From the sequence record SRR20825019_789: a stretch of 35,043 nucleotides of DNA; one strand, given 5' to 3'. The first letter of the stretch is position 1. Each line of letters opens with the position of its first letter. This document shows, piece after piece, positions 1 through 8,934 of this stretch. The position numbers and the translations under genes were made by a program. The notes under the pieces were generated by a model. That model saw only the letters and a list, made by a program, of their open reading frames with translations, was not told the DNA's origin and made no database searches.

Positions 1-150
1 AACAGTCACCCTGTTTTTGCCCGCAGTTGAACGAGGGTTCGTCACAAGAAATCGGAAAAACAAGGGCTTTTATACCAAAATGTTGAATTTGTATCGCTTT
101 ACACAAATGAAAACCAATAGCTTTTCCTCGTAAAATATCGATAACATGCG

Positions 151-202
151 TGTCGCTGAGCGGAGTCGAAGCGACCGAGTTGTCATACTGAACGAAGCGA
201 CC
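151..202. repeat. Short palindromic REP-like element(s)
   Basis: gctgagcggagtcgaagcg (155-173) is the exact reverse complement of 8250-8268. gtcgct/agcgac arms form a hairpin. A second degenerate unit tgtcatactgaacgaagcgacc follows at 181-202. Confidence 0.8.
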
Positions 203-241
203 ATTTTCTCATTACTCAATACAAACTACCGACATCAAAAA

Positions 242-955
242 TCAAACCTTTTTGATTTCTTCGTCCGACAAGAGCTCCTCATTTCGTAAGCGTAAAAAAA
301 CCTGTGCGGTGGTCACTACATCCAGTTCACAATAGTTGATGATTCGGTCGATGTCCTTTTCCTTGTAGAACACATCTTTTACCATACTGCCATCCATATC
401 CTCTTTTGGGGAAGGGATGCCCAGTATATGCGCCAATAATTTGAGCGAGGTGTAATGTTTATAATCGCCGAACTTCCAAAGTTCCATGGTGTCCAGATGG
501 GGTATTTCCCATGGCTTTTTTCCGAACAGGTCCAGCTTGTAGGGCAGATTGATGCCGTTTATGATCATTCTGCGGGCGATATACGGAAAATCGAACTCTT
601 TGCCATTGTGGGCGCACAAAAGATGCTTTACGCCGCTAAAATAACCTGTCAGCAGTTGTTTGAACTCTTTCAGGATTTTAGTCTCGTCACCATAAAAGGA
701 AGTGGTCCTAAATGTCCTTAGATCTCCTTGTATTTTAAAATAGCCTACGGAGATGCAGACAATTTTACCAAATTCGGCCCAAATGCCAGCCCGGTCGTAA
801 AATTCCTCGGGCGTGAACTCTTCTTTTCGCTGGTACTGTGTTTTTTGTTCCCATAATAGCTGGGCAGTTTCATCCAAATCGGTGAAATGTTGTTGTTGGG
901 GTACGGTCTCGATATCCAAAAAAAGGATATGCTCCAGGTTAAGTTTATAAAGCAT
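242..955 (-). CDS. Stand-alone PolB-like 3'-5' exonuclease (DnaQ/DEDDy superfamily)
   Basis: ExoI LDIET, ExoII HNGKEFD, ExoIII YCELD motifs. ATG at 955 preferred over TTG at 964. Confidence 0.85.
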   Translation of the reverse strand: MLYKLNLEHILFLDIETVPQQQHFTDLDETAQLLWEQKTQYQRKEEFTPEEFYDRAGIWAEFGKIVCISVGYFKIQGDLRTFRTTSFYGDETKILKEFKQLLTGYFSGVKHLLCAHNGKEFDFPYIARRMIINGINLPYKLDLFGKKPWEIPHLDTMELWKFGDYKHYTSLKLLAHILGIPSPKEDMDGSMVKDVFYKEKDIDRIINYCELDVVTTAQVFLRLRNEELLSDEEIKKV

Positions 956-964
956 GGTAGCCAA

Positions 965-1435
965 TTAAAAAAGAGTCGTCTGTTTTGCAGGACTCTCGTG
1001 TTCCAATAACCATTTTTTTCTATGCAGTCCACCTGCATAGCCTGTGAGGTCTCCGTTGGTTCCGATTACACGGTGACAGGGAACCACAATCCAAAGTGGA
1101 TTTTTGCCATTGGCCGAGGCTACAGCACGAATGGCCTTTACGTCACCGAGTTGTTTGGAAAGTTCCAAATAAGAAATGGTTTTTCCAAAGGGAATTTGTA
1201 ACAAGGCATCCCAAACCTTTTTCTGAAAATCGGTGCCCGATGGATTCAATTTAAGGTCAAATACCGTTCGGTCTCCATTAAAATATTCTTCAAACTGCTT
1301 TACAGCATCCTTTAAAACATCAGAAATTGTACCATTTGGTTTTTTGTTTTCCAAAACGGTTATGGAGGATAGTCCATGAACATCTCCTTTTAATTCTGCT
1401 GTTCCGATAGGTGTCTGTACGTAAGCAGTTTCCAT
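965..1435 (-). CDS. ogt: Methylated-DNA--protein-cysteine methyltransferase
   Basis: Active-site PCHRV, GTDFQKKVW, RAVASA, GYAGG..KKWLLEHE. No Ada N-terminal domain. Confidence 0.95.
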   Translation of the reverse strand: METAYVQTPIGTAELKGDVHGLSSITVLENKKPNGTISDVLKDAVKQFEEYFNGDRTVFDLKLNPSGTDFQKKVWDALLQIPFGKTISYLELSKQLGDVKAIRAVASANGKNPLWIVVPCHRVIGTNGDLTGYAGGLHRKKWLLEHESPAKQTTLF

Positions 1436-2556
1436 TATTCTATTTCATCTTCACCTTCAATAATTCCCAAACGCTTGGCGCGTTCGTGCCAGTTCTTTCG
1501 GGCAAGCTTTTGGAGGTCTTCCACATTGTCGCTTTCGTCCATAATCTCAAAACCAAGAAGGGTTTCGATCACGTCTTCCATCGTGACCAATCCACTTACG
1601 GAACCATACTCATCCACTACCAATGAAACATGTTCTCTTTTCTGTACAAATTTTTTGAAAAGCTCGTTGATAGATTTATTTCTTTCGGTAACCAATAACT
1701 CCCTTCTCAAAGTTGATAGTTTTTCTTCTCCTTGGTTGGAGATGATGGCTTCCAAGAGTTCATCCTTTAAAAAGAAGCCCGTGATGTTGTCCATACGATC
1801 TTTGTACAAGGGAATTCTGGAAAAGCGCAACGGTCTGTTTTTTTCAAAAAACTCTTTTATAGGGGTGTCTTCGGATGCGATCTTCATAACCGTTCTGGGA
1901 GTCATCACATCCCGCGCCTGTATTTCATCAAAATAGAGCAGGTTCTTGATCATCGTGGATTCCGATTCCTGAAACACGCCTTCTTCGTGTGCGATTTCGG
2001 TCATGGCACTAAAATCCTCACGGCTCAGAACACTACCATGTTCCCCTTTGGCGCCAACAAGCTTGGTAAACAGTTGCAAAAGCCATAACAACCCTGTCCA
2101 TTTTAAGATGAATACCATTATGTTTAGTGCTTTGCTGGTAAAGTTGGCCAGTTGCTTCCAGAAAGTTGCCCCAATGGTCTTTGGAATTATTTCCGAGGCC
2201 ACTAGAATCAATATCGTCATTAAAGTGGAAACAATACCTACCATCAAATCTTCGGTCAACGTGAATCCGAATATGGTTCGCGCTGTGCTACCATACATTT
2301 CTGCATAGGCGACTTTTGCCTGTACACCTACCAAAATGGCACCCACAGTGTGGGCAACGGTGTTCAGGGTAAGAATGGCAATCAGTGGTTTGTCCACGTC
2401 CTTCTTAAGAGATTCCAACGTGGCCGCATAATCTTTCCCTTCTTGTTTTTTTACATTGATAAAGGTGGGTGTGATACTTAACAGCACCGCCTCCAATATG
2501 GAGCACAGAAACGAAAAGAATATGGAAATAAGGGCATAAAATAGTAGTAGTCCCAT
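1435..2556 (-). CDS. CNNM (DUF21) + CBS-pair membrane protein (CorB/TlyC-like)
   Basis: N-terminal TM helices (SFLCSILEAVLLS, SEIIPKTIG), DVMTPR, FSRIPLY, VVDEYGSVSGLVTMEDVIETLLG. Confidence 0.9.
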   Translation of the reverse strand: MGLLLFYALISIFFSFLCSILEAVLLSITPTFINVKKQEGKDYAATLESLKKDVDKPLIAILTLNTVAHTVGAILVGVQAKVAYAEMYGSTARTIFGFTLTEDLMVGIVSTLMTILILVASEIIPKTIGATFWKQLANFTSKALNIMVFILKWTGLLWLLQLFTKLVGAKGEHGSVLSREDFSAMTEIAHEEGVFQESESTMIKNLLYFDEIQARDVMTPRTVMKIASEDTPIKEFFEKNRPLRFSRIPLYKDRMDNITGFFLKDELLEAIISNQGEEKLSTLRRELLVTERNKSINELFKKFVQKREHVSLVVDEYGSVSGLVTMEDVIETLLGFEIMDESDNVEDLQKLARKNWHERAKRLGIIEGEDEIE

Positions 2557-2596
2557 AGAATGGCAGAATCTTTAGTACCAAGATAGGGAATAGGAA

Positions 2597-3904
2597 TTAA
2601 TTATGGATGCTTAATCCATCAGCTTTGTAAAAAACATCTTGTAGGGCTTGTCTAATGTCCAAACTGTACAGTTTTCGATGGTCTCTTGATGGGTAAACCC
2701 GATTGGAAAGAAAGATAAAGGTCAGATTTTTTACTGGGTCCGCCCAAACAAAGGTTCCGGTAAAGCCCGAATGGCCAAAACTCTCCGGCGATGCCAAAGG
2801 GGAGGGGTAGGCCTCTTCCAAAGGCAGTTCGGCATTGTTCAAGAGAGGTTTGTCAAAACCTAGACCCCGGTAATTTTCATTTTCAGGATATTGCACCTTG
2901 GTAAATTCCTTTACGGTTTCAGCTGAAATGAGTTGTTTGCCGTCGACGTTCCCATAATTTTGATAGAAAAGCATCAGTTTGGCCAAGTCATCTGCCGTAC
3001 CGAATAATCCCGCATTGCCCGAAACACCTCCTTTGAGGGATGCATTTTCATCGTGCACCCATCCTTGGACCAAGGTTTTCCTGAAGAGTGAATCCACTTC
3101 GGTAGGGACAATGGCATTTACGTAGTTGTTTTCCTTGGGAAGATATCCTAGGGTATGACAGCCTAATGGTTGATAGAAATTTTCATCCAAATAGGTTTGG
3201 TAATCCGTTCCGGTGATTTGCTCAATCAAACTTGGAAAAATCAGAAAAGTGAGACCAGAGTACACATATTTTTTTTCTTCCGATACTTTGGACCGGTTGA
3301 TGATTCGGTTCATCTTGCGTTCAAAACGATTATTGATATACAGGCCCTCGTAAACCTGTCCTTGATATCTTTTGTTTGATGAATTGTGCACAAATCTTTT
3401 TTTGACCTCACCGTTTTTACGGAGTACTTGCTGTAAGAAAACAATATAGGGTATAAGACCAGCCTGATGCGCCAAAATTTCCCGAAGCGTGAGGTCTTTT
3501 TTGTCTTTTCGGTGCCGCCAAGGCTTCCAATACGTGCTGAAAGGTTGGTCCAAATCTAGCTTGCCTTCGTCCACCAACTTCATTAAGGCCGGCAAGGGAC
3601 CGGAAATTTTGGTGACGGATGCCAAATCGTATAGATCGTTCAAAGCCACGGGTTGAATGCTGTCGTAGGTGTGGAAACCGTAGGCTTTATGAAAAATGAC
3701 AGTATCGTTTTTGGCCACCAAGAGCTGTGCACCGGGAAAAGCCAAGCTATCGATGCCCATTTCCATAATGGAATCCACCTTTTGGTCGATGAAAGCCTCA
3801 TCGAACCCCAATTTGGAGGGCACGGCGTGGATTAGTTCGCGTTGGGCAAATGCAAAGGGCATCACTAAAGTGATGAAAAAGAACGAAACCGCCAGTTTTT
3901 TCAT
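2597..3904 (-). CDS. Secreted serine hydrolase, beta-lactamase class C/AmiE-like family
   Basis: Signal peptide; LASVTK (SxxK), YVYSG, VHDENA, GNAGLF, FGHSGFTGT, FLSNRVYP. Confidence 0.88.
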   Translation of the reverse strand: MKKLAVSFFFITLVMPFAFAQRELIHAVPSKLGFDEAFIDQKVDSIMEMGIDSLAFPGAQLLVAKNDTVIFHKAYGFHTYDSIQPVALNDLYDLASVTKISGPLPALMKLVDEGKLDLDQPFSTYWKPWRHRKDKKDLTLREILAHQAGLIPYIVFLQQVLRKNGEVKKRFVHNSSNKRYQGQVYEGLYINNRFERKMNRIINRSKVSEEKKYVYSGLTFLIFPSLIEQITGTDYQTYLDENFYQPLGCHTLGYLPKENNYVNAIVPTEVDSLFRKTLVQGWVHDENASLKGGVSGNAGLFGTADDLAKLMLFYQNYGNVDGKQLISAETVKEFTKVQYPENENYRGLGFDKPLLNNAELPLEEAYPSPLASPESFGHSGFTGTFVWADPVKNLTFIFLSNRVYPSRDHRKLYSLDIRQALQDVFYKADGLSIHN

Positions 3905-3915
3905 TTGGTCAAGTT

Positions 3916-4905
3916 TTAGCCCAAAGTTCGGATAAAATCCTTCGCAAAATAACTGGCAATGATATTGGCACCGGCTCTTTTAATGGCCGTAAGCTGTTCC
4001 AACATCACGGCATCGTGGTCCAACCAGCCTTTTTCTGCAGCGGCTTTTACCATCGCATACTCTCCAGAAACCTGGTACACGGCAACCGGAACTTCTACTT
4101 CGTTTTTGATTTCCCGAACAATGTCCAAATAGCACAACCCCGGTTTTACCATCACGATATCCGCCCCTTCGTCAATATCTATTTGGGTTTCCTTGATAGC
4201 TTCATACCGATTGGCATAATCCATTTGATAGGTCTTTTTGTCCTTGGGTACATTGGCGATATCCACGGGAGCGGAATCCAAAGCATCCCGGAACGGGCCA
4301 TAAAAGGCGCTGGCGTATTTGGCGGAATAGGCCATAATCCCAGTGTTGAGGAAGCCTTCATCTTCCAAGGCTTCGCGAATGGTCAAAATTCTGCCGTCCA
4401 TCATATCGCTGGGGGCCACAAAATCGGCCCCTGCCTTGGCGTGGGACACGCTCATTTCCGCTAGCAATTCAGCCGTTTCATCGTTCAAGATTTGCCCTTC
4501 GGCCACAATACCATCGTGTCCGTAGGACGAAAACGGGTCCAAGGCAACATCGGTCATAACCAGCATCTGCGGACAGGCATTTTTCACGGTTTTTATGGCA
4601 CGTTGCATCAAACCATTGGGGTTGAGCGCTTCGGTTCCTTTGTTGTCTTTCAGTTTATCATCGACCTTCACAAAAAGAAGGACAGAGCACAATCCCATTT
4701 TCCAAAGTTCCGTTACTTCTTTCTCCAAATTGTCCAAACTCAGCCTAAAATAGTTGGGCATAGAAGGTATTTCTTCTTTGATTCCCTTGCCTTCGGTCAC
4801 AAATAAAGGCACCAAAAAGTCATCTGGTGTCAATGTGGTTTCCCGCACCAATCTTCTAATGGATTCGGATGCTCGAAGTCTTCTGTTTCTTATGAGTGGG
4901 TACAT
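3916..4905 (-). CDS. hemB: Porphobilinogen synthase (ALA dehydratase), Cys-free Zn-independent type
   Basis: DVALDPFSSYGHDG, APSDMMDGR, YSAKYASAFYGPFRDA, EGADIVMVKP, YQVSGEYAM. Confidence 0.98.
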   Translation of the reverse strand: MYPLIRNRRLRASESIRRLVRETTLTPDDFLVPLFVTEGKGIKEEIPSMPNYFRLSLDNLEKEVTELWKMGLCSVLLFVKVDDKLKDNKGTEALNPNGLMQRAIKTVKNACPQMLVMTDVALDPFSSYGHDGIVAEGQILNDETAELLAEMSVSHAKAGADFVAPSDMMDGRILTIREALEDEGFLNTGIMAYSAKYASAFYGPFRDALDSAPVDIANVPKDKKTYQMDYANRYEAIKETQIDIDEGADIVMVKPGLCYLDIVREIKNEVEVPVAVYQVSGEYAMVKAAAEKGWLDHDAVMLEQLTAIKRAGANIIASYFAKDFIRTLG

Positions 4906-4932
4906 ATATTTAGTTTTAAGCGATGTTTTTAT

Positions 4933-5721
4933 TTATATATCGATTTCCCCAGTTAAATAAAGCACGGCCTTACCGGAAATTTTAACGCGCTCGCCCAAAT
5001 ATTCGCAGACCAAGTCACCTCCTCGCTGGGAAAGTTGTTTGGCCGTCATTTTGGTTTTGTCCAAAACTTCGGACCAATATGGCGATAACGAAGTGTGGGC
5101 GGAACCGGTCACAGGATCTTCGGGAATGCCGCAAGCGGGAGCAAAAAAACGGGAAACAAAATCCACTTCGTCCCCAGGTGCGGTTACGATAACGCCACGA
5201 ACATCCAATTTTTCAAGCAAATGATGGTTGGGTTCAATGGCTTCAATTTCCTTTTGTGATTGATAGACCATCATATAATCCGTTTTGCCCTTCAGGGTTT
5301 TTATTGGGGCTTGCCCGATGGCCGTGTCCAACTCTTCAATATTTTGAATGGCAATCAGATTATCGGTTGGAAAATCCAAAGTCAACCAACCATTGTCTGC
5401 CTTGTTCACGTTGAGGTTTCCACTTCGGTTTGAATAAAACTGAATGGTATTTTCATCAAATTCATAAAAATGAAAGAGCACAAAGGCAGTTGCCAGTGTC
5501 GCGTGTCCGCAAAGGTCCACTTCCACTTCGGGGGTAAACCAGCGAATTTCATATTGCCCGTCTTTCTTTACGGCAAAGGCGGTTTCCGCCAGGTTGTTCT
5601 CCTGGGCGATTTTTTGCATTAATTCTGGACTCAACCACGAATCCAAAATACAGACCGCGGCAGGATTTCCGCCAAAGGTCTGGCTGGTAAATGCATCTAT
5701 TTGGTAAATTTTCTGTCTCAT
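4933..5721 (-). CDS. PhzF-family isomerase/epimerase
   Basis: IDAFT..GGNPAAV, AETAF, RWFTPEVEVDLCGHATLA, EDPVTGSAH, QLSQRGG. Confidence 0.93.
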   Translation of the reverse strand: MRQKIYQIDAFTSQTFGGNPAAVCILDSWLSPELMQKIAQENNLAETAFAVKKDGQYEIRWFTPEVEVDLCGHATLATAFVLFHFYEFDENTIQFYSNRSGNLNVNKADNGWLTLDFPTDNLIAIQNIEELDTAIGQAPIKTLKGKTDYMMVYQSQKEIEAIEPNHHLLEKLDVRGVIVTAPGDEVDFVSRFFAPACGIPEDPVTGSAHTSLSPYWSEVLDKTKMTAKQLSQRGGDLVCEYLGERVKISGKAVLYLTGEIDI

Positions 5722-5737
5722 AGGCTTGGTTTCAAGG

Positions 5738-5745
5738 CAAAGCTA
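5738..5745 (-). promoter_or_regulatory. Candidate Bacteroidota sigma70 -7 element (TAGCTTTG) upstream of phzF-like/hemB
   Basis: Exact TAnnTTTG match in the 28-nt gap between the hemF stop and the next start. No convincing -33 TTG seen. Confidence 0.45.
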
Positions 5746-5749
5746 AGGA

Positions 5750-6652
5750 TTAAACCCAATTTTTTGGATTTTGCAGCACTGCTATCAACTGTTCTTCCTC
5801 ACTTCCTTTTTCAGGATGATGGTCATATCGCCATTGTACGTGCGGAGGCAGACTCATCAAAATACTTTCAATACGGCCGTTGGTTTTTAGGCCGAACAGG
5901 GTGCCTTTATCGTGCACGAGATTGAACTCAACATAACGGCCCCGTCTAATTTCTTGCCAGTCGCGCTGCTCTTTGGAATAGGGAAGGTCCTTTCTCTTTT
6001 CAACAATAGGTGCGTAGGCATCCAAAAAACTGTCCCCGACCTCGGCAACAAAATTGTACCAATCTTCCATACTGGTCTCTTCGGTCGCTTTGCAATAATC
6101 AAAGAACAACCCGCCTATACCGCGGGCTTCATTTCGATGGGCGTTCCAGAAGTATTCGTCGCACTTCTTTTTATAAGCAGGATAAAACGCTGGATTATGA
6201 CTATCACAAGCTTTTTTACAAACCGCGTGAAAGTGGGCTGCATCCTCATCGAACAAATAATAGGGGGTAAGGTCTTGACCGCCACCAAACCATTGATCCA
6301 CAATGTTTCCATCTTTGTCGTACATCTCAAAATAACGCCAATTGGCGTGCACGGTCGGCACCATAGGGCTCTTGGGATGGATTACCAAACTGAGGCCACA
6401 GGCAAAGAAATCCACATCTTCCACTCCAAAGTAGCTCTGCATACTTTTGGGCAGTGGCCCATGGACTTTGGAAATATTGACACCGCCCTTTTCAAAAACG
6501 GCCCCATTTTCAATGACGCGTGTCCTGCCACCGCCACCTTCTTCACGTTCCCAAAAATCTTGTTGAAACTTGGCGGTTCCGTCCAGTTCTTCCAGTTTGG
6601 AGGTAATAGCGTCCTGTAATTGTTGAATGTATGTGTAAAATCTATCTTTCAT
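5750..6652 (-). CDS. hemF: Oxygen-dependent coproporphyrinogen III oxidase
   Basis: FEKGGVNIS, HPKSPMVPTVHANWRYFE, WFGGGQDLTP, RGIGGLFFD, RRGRYVEFNL. Confidence 0.98.
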   Translation of the reverse strand: MKDRFYTYIQQLQDAITSKLEELDGTAKFQQDFWEREEGGGGRTRVIENGAVFEKGGVNISKVHGPLPKSMQSYFGVEDVDFFACGLSLVIHPKSPMVPTVHANWRYFEMYDKDGNIVDQWFGGGQDLTPYYLFDEDAAHFHAVCKKACDSHNPAFYPAYKKKCDEYFWNAHRNEARGIGGLFFDYCKATEETSMEDWYNFVAEVGDSFLDAYAPIVEKRKDLPYSKEQRDWQEIRRGRYVEFNLVHDKGTLFGLKTNGRIESILMSLPPHVQWRYDHHPEKGSEEEQLIAVLQNPKNWV

Positions 6653-7140
6653 TGTTCCAAAATATGTACCATTCGGTTTTTGTATTCAGAAAGTGTTGAG
6701 TTCTCATCAATTTTGATGGATTCCAAAGCCATTTGCCTCAATAGTTCGATGACTTCTTCTTCTGATTTATCGGTATTTTGCTCAAAAATGAAACGACCCG
6801 CTTCGTTGTTGTGCAAATCCATTGCCTTTTCCAATTTTTTGTTCGGAAATGAATCCTCGTGCCAATCCGTCACTTTTTTGGCCCAGGCCAAAACAGTTTC
6901 CTCATTTTGCTGCCATCTAAAACACCGTTTGGCGATCAAATAATTCCAAAAGGCGTGTCTAAAAGCATTTGCCGGACCATTTTTATGATGGAGTCTCCCA
7001 TAATTATCGGTCGATATGGCGATGCAATCCTTGGTGGCTTTAATGGTTGGCCCTATAAAGTGAGGACGGCTCAGTCCTATAAAAATAACTTTCAGTATAT
7101 TTTTAAAATCAACCCGTTTCAGTACCGCAAAAAGGTTCAC
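6649..7140 (-). CDS. Small helical protein of unknown function (DUF6973-like)
   Basis: Motifs [12 protein letters not shown] and [14 protein letters not shown] overlaps with both hemE and hemF. Confidence 0.75.
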   Translation of the reverse strand: MNLFAVLKRVDFKNILKVIFIGLSRPHFIGPTIKATKDCIAISTDNYGRLHHKNGPANAFRHAFWNYLIAKRCFRWQQNEETVLAWAKKVTDWHEDSFPNKKLEKAMDLHNNEAGRFIFEQNTDKSEEEVIELLRQMALESIKIDENSTLSEYKNRMVHILEQ

Positions 7141-8162
7141 TCTTGGTACTCTTTAACCGCATCGATGAATGCTTTTGCGTGCTCTACGGGAATATGTGGC
7201 AAAATACCGTGACCCAAGTTTACAATATATTTATCCTTGCCAAAATCACGAATCATTTGCGTGACCATTTCCTTGATGGTTGATGGAGGCGAAAGCAAGC
7301 GGGCGGGATCAAAATTACCTTGAAGGGTAACATTGCCCCCTGTCAAGTACCTTGCATTTTGGGCGGAACACGTCCAATCCACGCCTACAGCGGAAGCCCC
7401 GGAGTTGGCCATTTCTTTCAACGCAAACCAGCATCCTTTTCCAAAAACGATTACGGGTGCTTCGTCCTTCAATGCATCCACGATTTGCTGAATGTATTTC
7501 CAAGAAAATTCTTGGTAATCCCGAGGCGAGAGCATCCCGCCCCACGAATCAAATACTTGAACGGCATTGACACCCGCCTTGACTTTAGCTTTTAGGTAGG
7601 CGATGGTGGTATCCGTGATTTTTTGAAGCAATTCGTGTGCACCTTCCGGTTGGGTAAAGCAAAATCCTCTGGCCTTGTCAAAACTCTTGCTTCCTTGGCC
7701 TTCGACACAGTAACAAAGCAATGTCCAAGGAGAACCTGCAAACCCGATCAAGGGAATTTCATCATTCAATTTTTCCTTGGTCATGGTTATGGCCTCCATC
7801 ACATAGCCCAAAGTGTCCTGGATATCGGGCACGATTACGTTGTCCAAATCAGCTTGCGAACGGATAGGGTTTGGCAGGTAAGGTCCAAAATTTGGTTTCA
7901 TCTGCACTTCGATGTCCATAGCCTGGGGAATCACCAAAATATCGCTGAACAAAATAGCGGCATCCATTCCGTATCGGCGAATGGGCTGTACGGTAATCTC
8001 GGAAGCCAATTCCGGTGTCTGGCAGCGGGTAAAGAAATCGTATTTTTTACGGAGTTCCATAAACTCGGGCAAATAGCGCCCTGCCTGTCGCATCATCCAC
8101 ACGGGCGGACGTTCAACGGTTTCACCTTTTAAAGCTTTTAGGAACAGGTCATTTTTTATCAT
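7137..8162 (-). CDS. hemE: Uroporphyrinogen decarboxylase
   Basis: [46 protein letters not shown]. Confidence 0.98.
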   Translation of the reverse strand: MIKNDLFLKALKGETVERPPVWMMRQAGRYLPEFMELRKKYDFFTRCQTPELASEITVQPIRRYGMDAAILFSDILVIPQAMDIEVQMKPNFGPYLPNPIRSQADLDNVIVPDIQDTLGYVMEAITMTKEKLNDEIPLIGFAGSPWTLLCYCVEGQGSKSFDKARGFCFTQPEGAHELLQKITDTTIAYLKAKVKAGVNAVQVFDSWGGMLSPRDYQEFSWKYIQQIVDALKDEAPVIVFGKGCWFALKEMANSGASAVGVDWTCSAQNARYLTGGNVTLQGNFDPARLLSPPSTIKEMVTQMIRDFGKDKYIVNLGHGILPHIPVEHAKAFIDAVKEYQE

Positions 8163-8173
8163 AGATTTTAATT

Positions 8174-8268
8174 TGTCATTCCTGTACTTCGTTTAACTCA
8201 GCATAAACTCCGGCAGGAATCTTTTAATTGTTTTTTCGATTTTGAAAGGCGCTTCGACTCCGCTCAGC
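8174..8268. repeat. Composite REP-like palindromic repeats at the hemD/hemE junction
   Basis: tgtcattcctg...caggaatc arms (8174-8221) resemble 22942-23000. cgcttcgactccgctcagc (8250-8268) is the exact reverse complement of 155-173. Confidence 0.8.
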
Positions 8269-8934
8269 ATCCCCACGAATCGATAATTCTTTTATCGCTT
8301 GCACCAACACATTTTCCACGGTTGGTTTGTTAGCTGTAATTATATTTTTTGAATGTTTTTGAGCTTCAGCAGCTGTAGTCTCTCCGATACAGAACAAGAT
8401 GCTGTTCCCTAATGAATTTTCCAAAAGATAGCTTCGGATGCCACTTGGACTGAAAAACAGAACACCATCAAAATCCCTTTGAAACGCCTTTGGATTTAAA
8501 TGGGTTCGGTAGACTTCCAGCTCTTTATACTGAACGTTATTTTTTGTCAAAGTTTCAGGGAGTTCATCCCTTCGCTTGTTGCCACAAAGAAATAGGAAAG
8601 ACTCGTTTTGATGATTTTTCACAAGAATTTCAGCCAATTCTGATGCATTTTGGGCCATTTCAACCACTTTTACGCCATTTTCTTCCAAATGTGCTTTTGT
8701 TTTTTCCCCCACACAGTAGGCGCGGAACTTTGATTTCTCCAGACGCTCGGATTGATTCAAAAATACCTTCACGGCATTCTTGCTGGTAAAAATATAGTTG
8801 GAGTAGTTGAAGGGAATCTTCACGTCCAGCGGTTCGATTTTTAAGGCATCGTACTCCACCAATCCCAAACTGGAATTTAGAAAGAGTTCCTTTTGTGATG
8901 GGGTCAGTATTTTAGTGGAGAGCACTGTTTTCAT
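8224..8934 (-). CDS. hemD: Uroporphyrinogen-III synthase
   Basis: IFTSKNAV, YCVGEKT, FLCGNKRRDELP, EVYRT, LFFSPSGI, CIGETTA. Lies between hemC and hemE. Confidence 0.93.
   Translation of the reverse strand: MKTVLSTKILTPSQKELFLNSSLGLVEYDALKIEPLDVKIPFNYSNYIFTSKNAVKVFLNQSERLEKSKFRAYCVGEKTKAHLEENGVKVVEMAQNASELAEILVKNHQNESFLFLCGNKRRDELPETLTKNNVQYKELEVYRTHLNPKAFQRDFDGVLFFSPSGIRSYLLENSLGNSILFCIGETTAAEAQKHSKNIITANKPTVENVLVQAIKELSIRGDAERSRSAFQNRKNN

Noticed and set aside
2..133. Open + strand frame at the left edge (TVTLFLPAVERGF...KTNSFSS*)
   Set aside because: Only 43 codons, truncated, with no recognisable motif. It could be a gene end or non-coding/repeat DNA and cannot be decided from this window.
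2597..3904. Antibiotic-resistance beta-lactamase
   Set aside because: The motifs fit the broad serine-hydrolase/AmiE-like group; nothing specifically indicates beta-lactam hydrolysis.
4933..5721. Phenazine biosynthesis cluster
   Set aside because: No phzA/B/D/E/G in the window; lone PhzF homologues are common.
5912..6619. 235-aa + strand ORF
   Set aside because: Antisense shadow of hemF with no motifs.
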